This document shows, in pieces, positions 12,423-26,765 of a stretch of DNA of 64,000 bases (position 1 is its first letter; every line of letters begins with the position of its first letter). Made by a program: the position numbers and the translations under genes. Source of the stretch: Octopus vulgaris (lineage: Eukaryota); NCBI GenBank assembly GCA_951406725.2, contig OX597822.1, positions 7,874,001 to 7,938,000 of the forward strand. Reading direction: 5' to 3'. Under the pieces are notes generated by a model. It was not told the origin of the DNA, made no database searches, and saw nothing but the letters and a program-made list of their open reading frames with translations.

Positions 12423-12427
<5 letters not shown>
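12110..12427. repeat. Inverted-repeat unit embedded in (TA)n, probable Penelope-type end
   Basis: About 55-bp arms at 12203-12257 and 12373-12427 with few mismatches around a roughly 115-bp spacer. Confidence 0.65.
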
Positions 12428-12505
<78 letters not shown>

Positions 12506-13326
12506 AGAGCGTTTTGTTAATAGGAAGTGTGTACATTCGTCGAAAACAGTCTGACCCCTCAAGAGATGTGTGCACTTTGAATTGTCATAATGTAAGGAGC
12601 ATCTTCCCGAACCAGTAAAGTGGAAGAGCAAACGAATGCGTATATTGCTATTGACTTTGTTTTTTCTTTTAATAATTCTCAGCTTGCATAACGGTTCTTT
12701 AAAATCTTGAATATCGTATAAAAAACCTGTCAGTACAATCGACTGCATTTGTTGTCATTTCTATGACAAAAATATGCACAAAATTATTTCGGACACATCG
12801 AACATCACGGAAGACGGGTCTGAATCAAGATATGCGGCACTGAGAGAAATGATCGCATCGTAGATAAAAAAGGAAAAACTAATAATAATTAAAACATAAT
12901 AACATGCTACACAGCCTGTGTGTCAAGTTGACTGTCTGAAACGGAAATAGTTTGACACTGTTATAAAAATATTTGGATTCCATGCGGCTTTATGAAAATA
13001 TGTGGGTCCAATGTAGCTATGTGGATTGCATTCCAAACAAGAACAACATGCATTTATTCTCGTACCGTTTATCGAAGGAAAAGTGCAACTGAATTCTTCT
13101 TTTAAAAACAGTAGTAACAAGCTGGCACCACAGCAAATGGTCTTAAAGCAGTTAAGACAAAGGCTTGTAATGTTCTAAATACTAATTATAATAAATATGT
13201 TCCAGTGCTTACCAGTCCTCAGGTTTATGATATATGGGTAAAGTGTTCAACCAAAACTTCTACAATAATATAAAAGTTAACACCTTAAATTCTTCAAATA
13301 TAGATTGCATACTACTAGACATAGTA

Positions 13327-13816
13327 GAGGCGCAATGGCCCAGTGGTTAGTGCAGCGGAATCGTGGTTTCGATTCCCAGACCTGGCGTTGTGAGTGTTTA
13401 TTGAGCGAAAGCACCTAAAGCTCCACGGGGCTCCGGCAGTGGGGGGGGGGTGAACCCTGCTGTACTCTTTGACCACAACTTTCTCTCACTCTTTCTTCTT
13501 GTTTCTGTTGTACCTGTGTTTCAAAGGGCCAGCCTTGTCACACTCTGTGTCACGCTGAATCTCCTCGAGAACTACGTTAAGGGCACACTCTGTAGAGTGC
13601 TCAGCCACTTGCACGTTAATAAATGAGCTGCGACTTCACTGGTGCCAAGCTGTATCGATCTTTGCCTTTCCCTTGGATAACATCGGTGGCGTAGAGAGGG
13701 GAGGCCGGAATGCATGGGCGACTGCTGGTCTTCCATAAACAACTTTGCCCAGACTTGTACCTCAGAGGGTAACTTTCTAGGTGCAATTCCATGGTCATTC
13801 ATGAGCAAAGGAGGTC
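13327..13816 (+). mobile_element. tRNA-derived SINE family A with alternative 3' module
   Basis: A-box TGGCCCAGTGG and B-box GGTTTCGATTCC. Body matches copies at 32259, 45950 and 62029. TSD-like ACTACTAGACA at 13311-13321 and 13826-13836. Confidence 0.9.
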
Positions 13817-14129
13817 ACACATCACACTACTAGACACAAAACAAAACACTTGAAGAGATGGATGGTGCAGTGCACCTATTGTTTTTATAGCGATATCATT
13901 TAATGTAAAAAACGTTGAATATATGAATGCATTACTCTCTAAATTAGGTTTTTATGTTGAACACACTTCAATTCTTAAAATATCGAACTTCAAATTAACG
14001 AACATCCTGTAATAACAGTGTAGGAGCTCAATGTCTCCACGGATACCGTTATGTTCCATCTTTATGATCCTTTGATTCTTTCACTTAGAGAGAAAACATT
14101 CTTCATGAAATTGTTTATAGCCATTTTAG

Positions 14130-14800
14130 AACATCTCACCGGGAACAATTAATTACTGTAATGCTTGTAAACGATTTTTATTTTACTCAAATTTGGAGAA
14201 AAGAATATACTGATATTCTCTTCAAGTGCTGTGAAAATTTGGTAAGAAGTATACCTCAGGAAACTGGTGTGTATTTCCTTTCTGTCCAATCCATCACTGG
14301 CATGCTATTCTTATAGCGTGAGCTTCGGGAAGATTGGCGAGGAAGGGGATCATTACTCACTTCGTAGATCCTAATCATGCACTTGATAGAGTGAGTAGTT
14401 CTGGTGTTTTGAAAAAGCTGGTTAAAGCGATATATCTTATAACATTGCTAAAGCTGCTCGCGTTAATCTATAAGGTTGTGGAAACCATGGAAACATTATG
14501 GTTCCGTCTGAGAGTTTATTATGATTCATGGAATTAATTTTCACGACCTTGTTTCACATTTGTGTGGGAAAATTATTGCAGTTGTATGACGGTGCACACT
14601 CAGTGATCACTTAGTGGTATTCACCTATATTCGAGATTAGATGAGTTGAGATTAGCACAATCGAGCGTAGAGGTTAACTTTATAAAGCTCCATACGAGAG
14701 ATCTGTCTCTAGTTGATATGCATGATTATTTACTCTCTGGAAATCAATCGTGAAAGGAGTAACTGACAATTACTTTCTTATCAGGTTCGTGCGCTCAACA
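14130..14800 (+). mobile_element. Highly decayed non-LTR RT relic (RTE-like)
   Basis: HFVDPNHALDRVSSSGVLKKL resembles the RT motif FxDLxKAFDxV. Many stops and frameshifts. Confidence 0.4.
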
Positions 14801-15340
14801 GAATAACGACACTAAAACATTAAATAAGCACTGGTCATTACATTCACTTAAGCTGGTGTCTAGCGCAGTTGATATCTTTCACCATCTGAAATCCGATGTA
14901 ACATTAGCGATACCTTAAAGCGAGAATTTAGTATTTGCATAGGTAAGGTAAGCATAAAGTTTAGAATACCTTTGAAAGATCATGGTTGATGAAAAACACT
15001 CCGTAAAATGATTAATATCAAGGTTTTTGGTGATCGCTCCATCAACATCCTGCTGCATGTTTCTGAAGCATGAACTATAAAATCAAGATTCCCATGAAAG
15101 TAGGTTGTATGCTATATTTATTATACCAGTAACTTCATAAGTATTGAACTGTAAACTCTATAAACCTTTTATATTCGTAAATGACTTTCCAACCATTGGT
15201 ATAAAAATGAATTTAAAAAATAATTTAAATGCTATATTTTTGTTTCACTCTGTGATTTCATTGTGAATGATTTCTGCATCTTACCCTACAGTCATGTAGA
15301 CATATTTAAAAGCTAAGCATTAAACGTGTAAAATATTACA

Positions 15341-15420
15341 CTAGTAGTTATGTACCCGTAACTTCATCGCATGAAACTAATAGTTGCTCATAAAATATAT
15401 ATTGCGTTCATTAAATAATA
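15341..15420 (-). mobile_element. Possible Helitron 3' terminus
   Basis: Minus strand ends ...gaagttacgggtacataactaCTAG|T, resembling the end at 17685. 5' extent is uncertain. Confidence 0.3.
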
Positions 15421-16472
15421 TATATTTCTATCTCTTACAAGATGGGGTACTTTTTTTGTTGCTCTTAGCGTCTAGGAACAGCACACCATATACTTATAAT
15501 GTATAATTATAATTTAGTTGAATCAGGTACTTAAATTTAGACACCTTCTTAGGTCGGTCTCATTTGCAAACCCAAGGAGTATCTGGTGAATACCAAACTT
15601 TGTGCAGTAGTGTTTGCACTTGATATTCTTGCAGTGTATGCAGATAACACGACCCAACTTAGTGAACAGATCCGCTCTTGCTTGTTCGGTCATGTACGTT
15701 TATAAAAATACAAAAATACTTTCTATTATATTTCTGAAGTGCAGTTTCCAAGGTGGGGGGAATAAAATATAAATGAGTAACAAAAATGTACACGTATCAA
15801 TTCATTATGGCCGTTTCAAGCGACTCCTTAAATTGATTAATGAAAGTATTTTTATATCATTGTAAAGAATCTGTTTTCGTCAGATCATTGCATAAACTTC
15901 AAGCACAAAGGACAAACCATCTGCTTTCACATATTCTTTTGACCAACGGACATCAAATATTTACATTCATTCTGCTCTTAGATCATCGACAGAATAAGTT
16001 TAGAAAATAGCCTATGTAGTGTCAAACCTTCTAGAATTTAGAGGTTATAGTGTGTGCGCGGGAATAATTGAGATTAGTGATCTAGTTACCAACCCTTCCA
16101 AGGCAGTAGGGGAAATGTAGTTTCCAATCATCTAAAATTAAATCTTTAGGGACTTGTAGCTGTATTCTAGAAAAAGGTGATAAATTAATTCATATCATGA
16201 CAAAATACTACAGTAAGTACTGGAACTTTATACCTGCCTTTGTCTACTCCAAAGGGTAAGGCTTGGGGTGGTAAAAAAGGAGGGAATGGCTCATGGGGAA
16301 GGGGTGATAAGGGATACGGGCACATTGTAAACTAGCACATTTATAAAGTTAAAATATCAAATATATAGATGTAAGCTAGAACTGAAACATAACTTTAAAT
16401 AAGGAGATATTTTAAGATATAAGATACACAATAAGATTTTTCACGAATGTAGTGTATAGAATATGCTTACTG

Positions 16473-16679
16473 TTTTACTATTTTACTTGTTTCAGTCATT
16501 TGACTGTGGCCATGCTGGAGCACCAGCTTTAGTCGAGGAAATCAACCCCAGGACTTATTCTTTTTGTAAGCCTAGTACTTATTCTATCGGTCTCTTTTTG
16601 CGGAACTGCTAAGTTACTGGGACGTAAACACACCAGTATCGGTTGTCAAGCGATGTTGGGGACAAACACAGACACACAA

Positions 16680-16718
<39 letters not shown>

Positions 16719-16893
16719 CATATATACACGACAGGCTTCTTTCAGTTTCTGTCTACCAAATCCACTCACAAGGCTTTAGTCGGCCCGAGGCTATAGTAGA
16801 AGACACTTGCCCGAGTTGCCACACAGTGGGACTGAACCCCGAATCATGTGGTTCATAAGCAATCTACTTACCACACAGCCACCCCTGCGCCTA
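16473..16893 (-). mobile_element. SINE family B, full length
   Basis: Head AGGCGCAGG..GTGGCTGTGTGGTAAG, B-box-like GGGTTCAGTCCC, internal (TA)n/(TG)n and GTAAAA-repeat tail. Confidence 0.9.
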
Positions 16894-17684
16894 AAATATG
16901 CTTGTAAAATATTATATGACGAATGTATCACGGAAACATTTATGATATATATATATATATATGTGTGTGTGTTGATACTTATAAATTAAACTGATGCTAA
17001 AACCATTCTCGTCAAATACGGGTGGGTAAGGATGGGATATAAGAAGAAATGAGATCTGATATAAATGATGATAAGTACATTAGAGAAATTAAATATATAA
17101 TGAAGTACATTAAGATACAAGATTAAAAAAAAAATCGTCATATAATAACATAATAAATATCATGTATAATTAAAAATTATAATATAAGATTACAGTATAG
17201 TGTGAATTTTATGAAAAGAGTGTAAATTGTTACATATTTATAAGCTATAAAAACTATACAAAAATGTAAAAGACTTAAGATTATAAAAAATAAAATACAA
17301 GAATTTATAAGATATATTGTGTAATTTAAAAATATATAATGATATTAACAATAAAAACCATTAAAATATATAAAAAGGTACATAAAGTCATAAAATATTA
17401 AAATATAAATTATTAAAAAATTACGTAATATAAGAACATTTTTTTAAATAAAAATATATAAAAGAATTATATAATATTATTATATAAAATGGTATACAAA
17501 AGATATATATATATATAAGATATAAGAAATATATAAGATTAAATAAAATAAAATGATTTTTTTATAACGGTATTGGAATATAGAAAAGTTATAGCCAGAA
17601 TATTATTATTAATACAAGATAAAATAATATAGAAAATTACCAAGATAGAGACGAAATTACCTTTGGAGATAGGTTTATAAGATA

Positions 17685-18474
17685 CTAGTAGTATAGCCCA
17701 GCTTTGCTCGTGATTAAGTTAGGATTATTAAGCTAATCAAGCTCATTATTTCAAAGCAAACTAAGTAACATCGACGTCAAATTTGAGTGAAATCCGTTGG
17801 AATTGGTAAACTTTTGGCAGCAATTTTGCTGAGAATTTCATTGGAAAATCCCATAAGGAATCGCTTCCTCGATTTTTTCCACTCATCAATGTTTTATTTT
17901 CTTTTTTTTTTTGTTCCTGTAACCCTACTTTGCCCATGGGTTGAGAACCCTCCCAGGAAGGAAAATAGAACGCCCAAAACGGCTCCCGATCCTCTGTGTG
18001 AGAAGCGGTTATGTTCAGATCACAACTAATATATATATGGGCAACACACGCACATACACACAGAAACATATACGTACATACACCTATTGCATACATGTTT
18101 TTGCACGCCTTTGCCCCTGCCACTGTCCCACCACCACCTCCCACCCGAGTATTACCATCAATTGAAGCAAATTTGGCAACCGGAAGTAAGTGTTGTAACA
18201 GGAATAGAGAAGCCTACCTTCTCCCGCAGAGATGTGAAAGTCATATCACTCCTTTCGAAAATATGAAGAGTTTCGAAACATTTTTTACAAAATAACAGCT
18301 CATCGTTTGCGAAGGAGCGTGTCTACAGTCAACACGTAGGTCTTTTGCTCTGGTAACCCCTGCTCTCTCCCATGTTCACGCACGACCAGCTATATATCGC
18401 TATGATTAGAACAACGGATTCAGTTAATTTTGATATTAGTTCTGGAGAAACGGAGAACATCGTTTATGTTGCCA

Positions 18475-18526
<52 letters not shown>

Positions 18527-19010
18527 TATATATATATACGGGTAACAAACACACACACACACATTGCATGCATAAGTTTTGTACGCATATATGCTCGTGT
18601 GTGTGTGTGTGACTGAAGCCATTCACACATATATACATATGTAACAACACCTGTCTGTCTGTTATTGCCAGTAAAAAGACGAAATTTAAAAAATCTGTTA
18701 TCTCTCTCTCTACCTACCTCCCTCCCTCCCTCTCTTTACATCTTCGCTAGGAGGGGAGTTAACTCATATTTGCTTTGTAAACAATGGTAGCTTTCGTTGT
18801 CGTCAAACATTTAGAAGTTATGGCTTAAAATTATTTACCGTTATTTGCAGGTGTCTCGGGGGAAAACAATTTGAGGAAAATAGAGCTAGGGTCGTGACGA
18901 ATGTCCTCCTAAAATTTGAGCGACATGCGTGCTAATTTGTGGATATGCATAAATTACAATCACGTACACACACAGAGACACACACACATCTTGCCTTATA
19001 TATATACAGA
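17685..19010 (-). mobile_element. Non-autonomous Helitron
   Basis: Minus strand begins A|TCTGTATATATATAAGG and ends with an imperfect GC hairpin (cacgagcaaagctggg) then CTAG|T, the canonical TC..CTAG at an AT site. No coding capacity. Confidence 0.7.
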
Positions 19011-19871
19011 TATCTAAAGTATGTCAACGAAAATGATCGAGGTAAAATAGTAACAGATCTTAGGGGATATCTTTGTTTTAGGGGAGATGCGACTTTCAAT
19101 AAATATATTTTATATCAACCATAATAGACGAGATTCACCACTGGGAACGCGTAAATACACATTGTAATTATTGAAAGTTTATAGCTCAAATGGGGCTAAG
19201 GGTCATTATTGAATGGGTTTTGTCATCACAAAGAGAAGGCTATGAATGATATGACATCCCAAATATCTTGTTACCAAGAATACAGTATGATATGATTAAT
19301 ATAAAAGTACGGGTAATACTATGAATACTTGGTACCTTAAGATCTCATTTATTATTAATTAGTTTGTATTTATCTCTATATTTGGATATTTCATATAACT
19401 CACTACAACGTAGACCACATCCATACCGGCTCCTTGTGTATGGTTGAGCTCTACGCTCTATTTCCCAATTTTCTAAATTCATTCTGTCAAAGACATAGCC
19501 GCAGAATCAAGGTCAAAATTTGCGCTCGTTTGGTGATACGAGTGTGTTAAAGCAGGTGGTTTGCCCTTTATGCAAACATCGGATGTAAATGGTTTCTTTG
19601 CAATGATGTAATGTGTTCATTAATATATTAATATATTAAATGAGTCGCTTGAAACTGTGGCAGTGAATATGTGTGTGTTTGTGTATGCATGGAAAAAAGG
19701 TCAAGATAGAAAATGCTACAATAATTTTATAAAAAAACATTTCAGTACTGGTTTCAGTCATTGAGACCTTTTCAACTGTAACAATTAAATAATTAAATTT
19801 AGAAAAAATAAAAGAAAAGTATTTAAAAAAAAATATTTGTATAGTGTTCAAATACAAGTGGCATTTTCCTT

Positions 19872-19986
<115 letters not shown>

Positions 19987-20499
19987 AATATCTATTTAGT
20001 TAGCTAGCTATATATATATATATGTTTGTGGGAATACTGTTGTTTATGCGTATGATTTAAATGTGTATATGTAAGAATTAGAAATCTCACATACATATCT
20101 GGTTTTCAGGAACACATTTTGGTATCCAATTTTCTAAATACCATGTTGTTCAGTGAATATAGTGTTTCTGTATATCAAGTACCACTTTATTCAATTCCGG
20201 TGTCTTTTTCAGGGCTATTGTGAAATTTAACCCTACCTTCACATATTTCAGATTCCAGGTGATTTTTGGACATTTAGATCTTACCATTCACACACACAAT
20301 TTCAAGTAAAATTGTAATTCACTGTGTTCTACTAAATCTTGTAAAAGCACTCGTAAAATGTAAAAGGATTCGAACGTTCTGCAAATGATTAGCAATGCCT
20401 AACAACTTATAAGGCTACGCAGAGCAACACGACAACAAAAGACGTATTTTGCTAGCTCAATGAAGGCAGTAGTGATGACAATTTCCTGGCATAAAAGCA

Positions 20500-21800
20500 T
20501 ACAATAATATGCGTGTATGTGTTTATATATATAGATATACCATGCGAGCATTATATACCCTGGTTTTGCAAAGCCATTTGATAAAATAGATCATGACATG
20601 ATATGTCGTAAGCTAGGAGAACTTGGCTTTGCTGGTAAACTGGGAGAGTGACTGCATGACATACTTTAAGACAGAAGTAAAGTAGATGCAGCCTTTCTGA
20701 GAAAATTCAAATCCTAAATGATGTCCCCGAAGGGAAATGTTCTAGGACTATTACTGTTCTCAATGGCCCTCTTAGACATGCCCACGGACACACGGACACT
20801 CGGACAGCCACTGTCACTAGATATGCCGATGATGCAAAATTATCAAGGCCAATAAAAAAATCAAAGTGACGTCGCAGACTAATAACGGGACCTGAATTCG
20901 ATATACAAGTGGGTCGAAATAGACAAGATGCAGTTTAATGCTGGAAAATATCAAGCACCGCACTATTTACTCACGAATGCACTGCATACTGCATTCATAT
21001 GACCTGAAATCACTAAAGCCTCAGGGTTTGAGTCCGTAAAGGACTTCGCGGTCAGTATGTGCAATGCCGCATCCTTTTATATGCACACTACCAAGATGGC
21101 TGCAAAGTACACACAACTTCAGGGTGCATACTGAGCTCCTTCAGCACAAGAGACAAAATACTATATTGACCCAGTGGATAATCTTTGGTCTCAGCCGCCT
21201 GTACTACTGCTCCCAATTATGGTCACTCCATTGCCAAACTAACAGTGGAGCGTGAAGCAGCCCAACGCCACTCTACTAAAAAGATTGAAATAGTGCAGGG
21301 GATTAACTACAGGGATAGACTAAGAAAACTGAACCTTTACTCCCTGGAGCAAAGGCGCAAGAGATATGCAATAATCTACATATGGAAAACTCTAGAAAGG
21401 CTAGTAACTAATTTCGGAATTGAGTGTTATACAAATGCCAGAACTATCCGCCATTGTATTGTTCCAAAGGTATCATCCACTCCATCTAAGTTCAGGACTA
21501 GGTTCTGCAATAGTCAAGGGTTCAAAGGCCCACAGTTCTTCAATGCCCTGTCGCAAAAATTAAGATATCTGCGTAAGGTGGAAGTATATGTCTTCAAAAG
21601 AGAACTAGACATCCTCCTTTCCACAATACCAGATGAACCAACAGCCCGAAATGAGGTACGGACGAGAGCAGCAGCAACAAACTTCCTTATACACGAGATG
21701 GGCCAACAGCTGGGACGAAGGCACATACAGGAGTAGTGATGTTAAACACCTCAGACTGAGGAAATCAAAAAGACCACAGTGGTTCTCCAGCAAGATCGCA
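20500..21800 (+). mobile_element. CR1-clade LINE RT/C-terminal relic
   Basis: FAKPFDKIDH, DVPEGNVLGLLLF, YADDAKL, LYYCSQLWS and EAAQRHSTKKI..YRDRLRKLNLYSLEQRRKRY. Frameshifted. Confidence 0.85.
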
Positions 21801-21892
21801 GTCGCATGAATGAGACGAGTAAAACAGTATATGTATATACAAATGGATATGAAAATTTATACGCAGATATTTATGTACGTATGCATGTATGT

Positions 21893-21973
<81 letters not shown>

Positions 21974-22034
21974 TGCGTATGTGTATATATATATATATAT
22001 AGAGAGAGAGAGATATATATATACATACATATAG

Positions 22035-22076
<42 letters not shown>

Positions 22077-24602
22077 GTGGGTGTGTGTATATAATAAGCT
22101 ACCTTTAAGCACAAATAGACACTAAATATACTTATCACATTATGAATGTAACATCGCTCTTATTTTTACTTGACGCATGACGAAAACCGAAAGATATTTA
22201 CCATGTATTAGGGCGTCAAAATGAATTAGATAGCTTCAAATGAAATATGTATTTAATCGAGAGTATCATATAGTTACTTAAATTATTATATATGTCGTCA
22301 CTGTCTGTAAGCATTGTCATACTTTACTTTGCTCATAACAACGAACAGCTTACCATCATACGCTTTCTTTGTGCCAAATAGTACACACAAACCTTCTTTT
22401 TTTAGTCTTATATGAAGTTTTTCCTTTTGTTTCCTTTCTCCTTTTCACTCAATCTTACTAATATTGACAGTTTTCCAATTTTCATGATTAATATGTTCCC
22501 GTCTGATGAATATGTTTTATCAATCAAATAAACGAGAGCCAACTTCTGTTATATTTTAATGCGGGTGATACTACTGTTTTGGCGTCCTTTTGCAAAACAA
22601 GTGAAAGTATAGAGAAATTTTGAGATATCTTATAAGTCAGCACAACTGATTTCCTTATCAGAAGAACTGCGAAATATCTTCTTTCACGTATATGTATAAT
22701 ATATTGAGTGTTTATGGACGTCAGCTTGTCACGGTTTCAGACCACTTCGTATACTCAGTAAATCCATGCAAATTTTCCTAGATTTCAAGAAGTTCTTGAG
22801 AATTACTTGGCTTTGAGTGGATAGAGTTGCAGAGCGCTGAAACCACATTTCAGGTATATCAGCGCAATCATTTATATCACCAGTGGCACAACAGTAGTTG
22901 AAATGACCAGAAACCAACTGCACTTCAGGCTTGTTTCTGTGTGTGTGTGTGTATGTGCGTGCGTGATAGTGCGTGAGTGTCTGTGTGTGTGCGCCCGTGT
23001 TTGAGTGTGTATTTATATTCTAAATGAAGTTAATTCGACTTCTCGGAAGAGTATAAAGATGAAATTACCAAACAACTTTGTTAAGCAAAGTAATAAGAGG
23101 CCGCAAGTCAAGGTCAATAAATTCTTAGGTAACATCCTAACGGAATTTTCTTCTACTTAATTTTAAAGTAGAAAACTTACTGTTAAAATTAGCATTTTCA
23201 ACTGAAATGATTGCCTGTATTTCTCCGTTAAATTGATATGTATCTACTTCATAATTTACTAAGAGAATAGAAATCTTGCATTTTTAATTGAGAATCTTTC
23301 TCGTTACAAACTGCAACTAGTTTAATACAAATGAAGCGACCAAAAGTCATCCTTTCTGAAAGGCGCTAGAAGAATAAGTTAACTTAATTGGCACCGAATC
23401 AACACCTTGGAATGCATGCATTGGCAGAGTATTACGAATTGATAACTAGAAATTTCAACGATAATTGAATTACTGCAATGTGCAAGCACTTCGAAAGCTG
23501 TCATTTTATGCTGTTAGTATTCCTGGTAAAATCGACACGAATAACCTAAACATACTTGAAGAATTCCGGCCGAGAATTATTAACCCGTAATTAAATTATG
23601 GTTTAACTCTTAAAGTTTAAAGCCCATTCAACGCGTTATTATGTTACATATCCTGCCCTCTTAATATTACGAGTTCAATGACTTGGTTGTGTTGTTGCTT
23701 TGTAAAATAGAATGCATTGCAAAATAACAGCGAATTGTGTTAATATCTAAATTAAACAACTTCTGGTTTTTATATAATCGTGTCCGCTAGGAGGTACCAC
23801 AACGCTGGGAATATTAAAACGACCGGATGTCTTAAGTTCAAATTTAAACCCAATATGTGTGCGTGGTAGTCTTAATCAATCGGTGAATATAGCACAAGTA
23901 CATATCATCTCGGGAAATTTTAGTGGTGTATATTTTGATGCAAAGACCCAAGTATAAACTTAGGTTTGAACGTACACCTTCCCTCTATTAGATCAATTTC
24001 TGAGATTTCTTAAAATGCCCTACAACCAGCAGCCTTCCTTAATAAGCCGAGCTGAGATTACCATAAGTATTATTTTTTTAAGAACCATGGTAACAGAAAT
24101 GTTCTTCTTATACACCTCATTAATATGTATAACGTTAGTAAATCGTGTGTATCAGAAATTCACCGATCTTCTCAAAAACGAAAACACTTATTGGAATAAA
24201 ACCATCCTCTTTTAAAACATAATAACACGTATTTCAGAAAAGGTGTCCGATTTGTTATAATATATGCATCATCTTCTACACAAACTTATTTTAAGATACA
24301 CTATATAGAACCTAGCTGTTTGATTAATATGATGGCTTCGCAAATACCTACTTCTAAGTTCAGTCGCACGTTTGGACAAGTGTCATTAACGTCTCTTGTT
24401 TACAAATCATGGGTTAGTGCATGTGGTAGGCAGGAATATCAACCAAACCAAACGTGCATGTATGGATATTTTTGTGTTTATATTTACATAAGAGTAGAGT
24501 GAAAAGCGGTGCTGAAATGATAACCTACAGAGATGTCACCTCTAACGCCTATTTCAATCTGCATTGTCGACTCTAAGAACGTTGTACATTTTCAAACAAA
24601 TA

Positions 24603-25163
24603 TTGAGTTGTCCAGAAAGTTCGTGCCGATTTATAGTAGCTTACCTTTCGTCTTATTTTAGAACATGGTTGAGTTCATAAAATAGGATTGACTACACCTC
24701 CATTTAGAGCACATTTTAAGCTATCTTTTATGGAAGAAGATCTATGTTCCTATAATCTGTTAATTCTGTAACACTTGAAAATGGAAGATAAGAAAGTTCA
24801 TTTTCGGCACTTGATGCTTTGGGAACCAGACCAAAATTGCTGCAGCTCGGCTGGGGTGTATTACCCCACCCTCCATATTCACCAGATACTGCTCCTTCAG
24901 ATTTCCACTTATTCGGGTCTCTGCAGAATAGTCTTAATGGTAAAAATTTCAATTCCTTGAATAACGTAAAAAGATACCTTGATCAATTCTTTGCCTTGAA
25001 ACCAACTCAATTCTGGGAAGAGGGTGTTTTCAAGTTAAAGAAAATATGGAGACGCATTGTGCAACAAAATGTTTCAATTTGGTTGATTAAAAATGTAATG
25101 GCAAGTATTTATTGACCTTTTTCTTTTCTTTAAAAATCGGCACGAACTTTCCCGACAAACCAA
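24603..25163 (+). mobile_element. Internally deleted mariner (mellifera-subfamily-like) with both TIRs
   Basis: TIRs TTGAGTTGTCCAGAAAGTTCGTGCCGATTT / AAATCGGCACGAACTTTCCCGACAAACCAA with TA on both sides. MEDKKVHFRHLML joined to TRPKLLQLGWGVLPHPPYSPDTAPSDFHLF. Confidence 0.92.
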
Positions 25164-26221
25164 TACCTGTGAACTATATGCTCATATGAAATTCCTTGCA
25201 GGCGGCGCTCCCAGATGAATGTATCTCTATATCTTAAACGAATTTAGTAATAAATGAGGCATGAACAACGAAAGTACAAGGATATTTAAATATCTTCCAT
25301 ACGGTTAGGGTAGTCGCATATTTTGATGGACATATGATGGTTTACATTGTGTGATTTTTTCCTTTGCCAAATTAGATTTTTATTGCTATAACTATTGCAG
25401 AAATAGTTGGGCATTTTTCTATTTTATTCGCATTATGCTATATTACGAATACAATTTAATTCAATTCTATTAATCGTTATTGCATTTGGCCTGTAACTTG
25501 ATATGCGATCCATGCTTTGACTACCAACCGAATTACCATGGCTGAAACTACATCACAATGAAAAATTTCCATTAATGATCTATAAATTAATGATGCAATT
25601 TTCCATCAATTTGCCAGAATGTAATTTAAGAGGTTATATAATAATGGATTGAATTGAATACAAAGTAGTCAATATTTTAAAACAAATGTGTGAGATTGTA
25701 TAGGTTTATTAAAGCGAGAAAATTAGATCTAAGCCAAAGAAATATGAGCAACGGGCTCATATGATTAAGTTAAATACAATTGTAAAATACCACAATGCAC
25801 AAGACCTGTCTGAAGGCTGTGAATGTTCTTTCGGTTAAGAAAGTATTGTAGTACTTTAATCCCTTGTTTTTATTCAAATAGTATTTCTGGAATTATTATT
25901 TATGACTATTTTCTGCTTAGCTGGCAGACGAGTAAATAGATAAATAATTTATTATTCAACACCTACATGGACGAAGTGTGCAGGTTGAATTTTTTTGAAG
26001 TATTATTTCGTTAGTGTTAAAGGTAAGAGCAGGAGACCTCACAGGTGATGCGGGATGATTGGCTTGTGAATGTTTCAGAGATTTTGCTCGATAGCAGAAA
26101 TCTCTGAGGACCAGATGCCATTATTGTAAAGGGAGTAATATCAAAGATAGAACCCAGTACATTTGTTTTCAAGAAACTAGATTTGGATAGTTGATATACT
26201 GCACGGATGCACACACGCTTC

Positions 26222-26292
<71 letters not shown>

Positions 26293-26355
26293 TGCAAAAT
26301 GAGACAAGAACGCAGACATCCAGAGAGGTGATACAAAGAAGGGACAAAAAAAACA

Positions 26356-26401
<46 letters not shown>

Positions 26402-26511
26402 TAATATAAGGGTGAATAATTATTAACTTAAAAAAGAAACAACAACTATTTACGGGTAGATTTCGGTATGGAAATATAACCATCATCGGTAGGAACTTCA
26501 AAAAAAAAAAG

Positions 26512-26550
<39 letters not shown>

Positions 26551-26765
26551 GACAAGCAAGAGGTTGTTTAGCCACATACCGAAAAATTAGAAATAGCAGT
26601 CAAAGACCGCTTATTTCTATTTACTACAAGTATAACTCCACATACAGCGTATAAATATAACCCACATATGTAAAACAGAAGGAAAAATAAAGAATACAAA
26701 TTCTTTGGTTAGTTACGGACGCGTTTCTGAATTAGAATTGCTTGCCCTTATATATATATATATAT

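Noticed and set aside
12923-13174. Cys-rich minus-strand open frame of about 83 codons
   Set aside because: No recognisable domain, and the length is within chance expectation.
15420-16369. Helitron helicase relic extending to a TC end at 16369
   Set aside because: Translated similarity is too weak and the 5' boundary is ambiguous.
22729-22936. Cys-containing minus-strand ORF as a host exon
   Set aside because: No polypyrimidine acceptor and no recognisable motif.
26450-26500. CCGATGA..GAAA hammerhead-like motif on the minus strand
   Set aside because: Stem I cannot be formed, so it is too degenerate to call.
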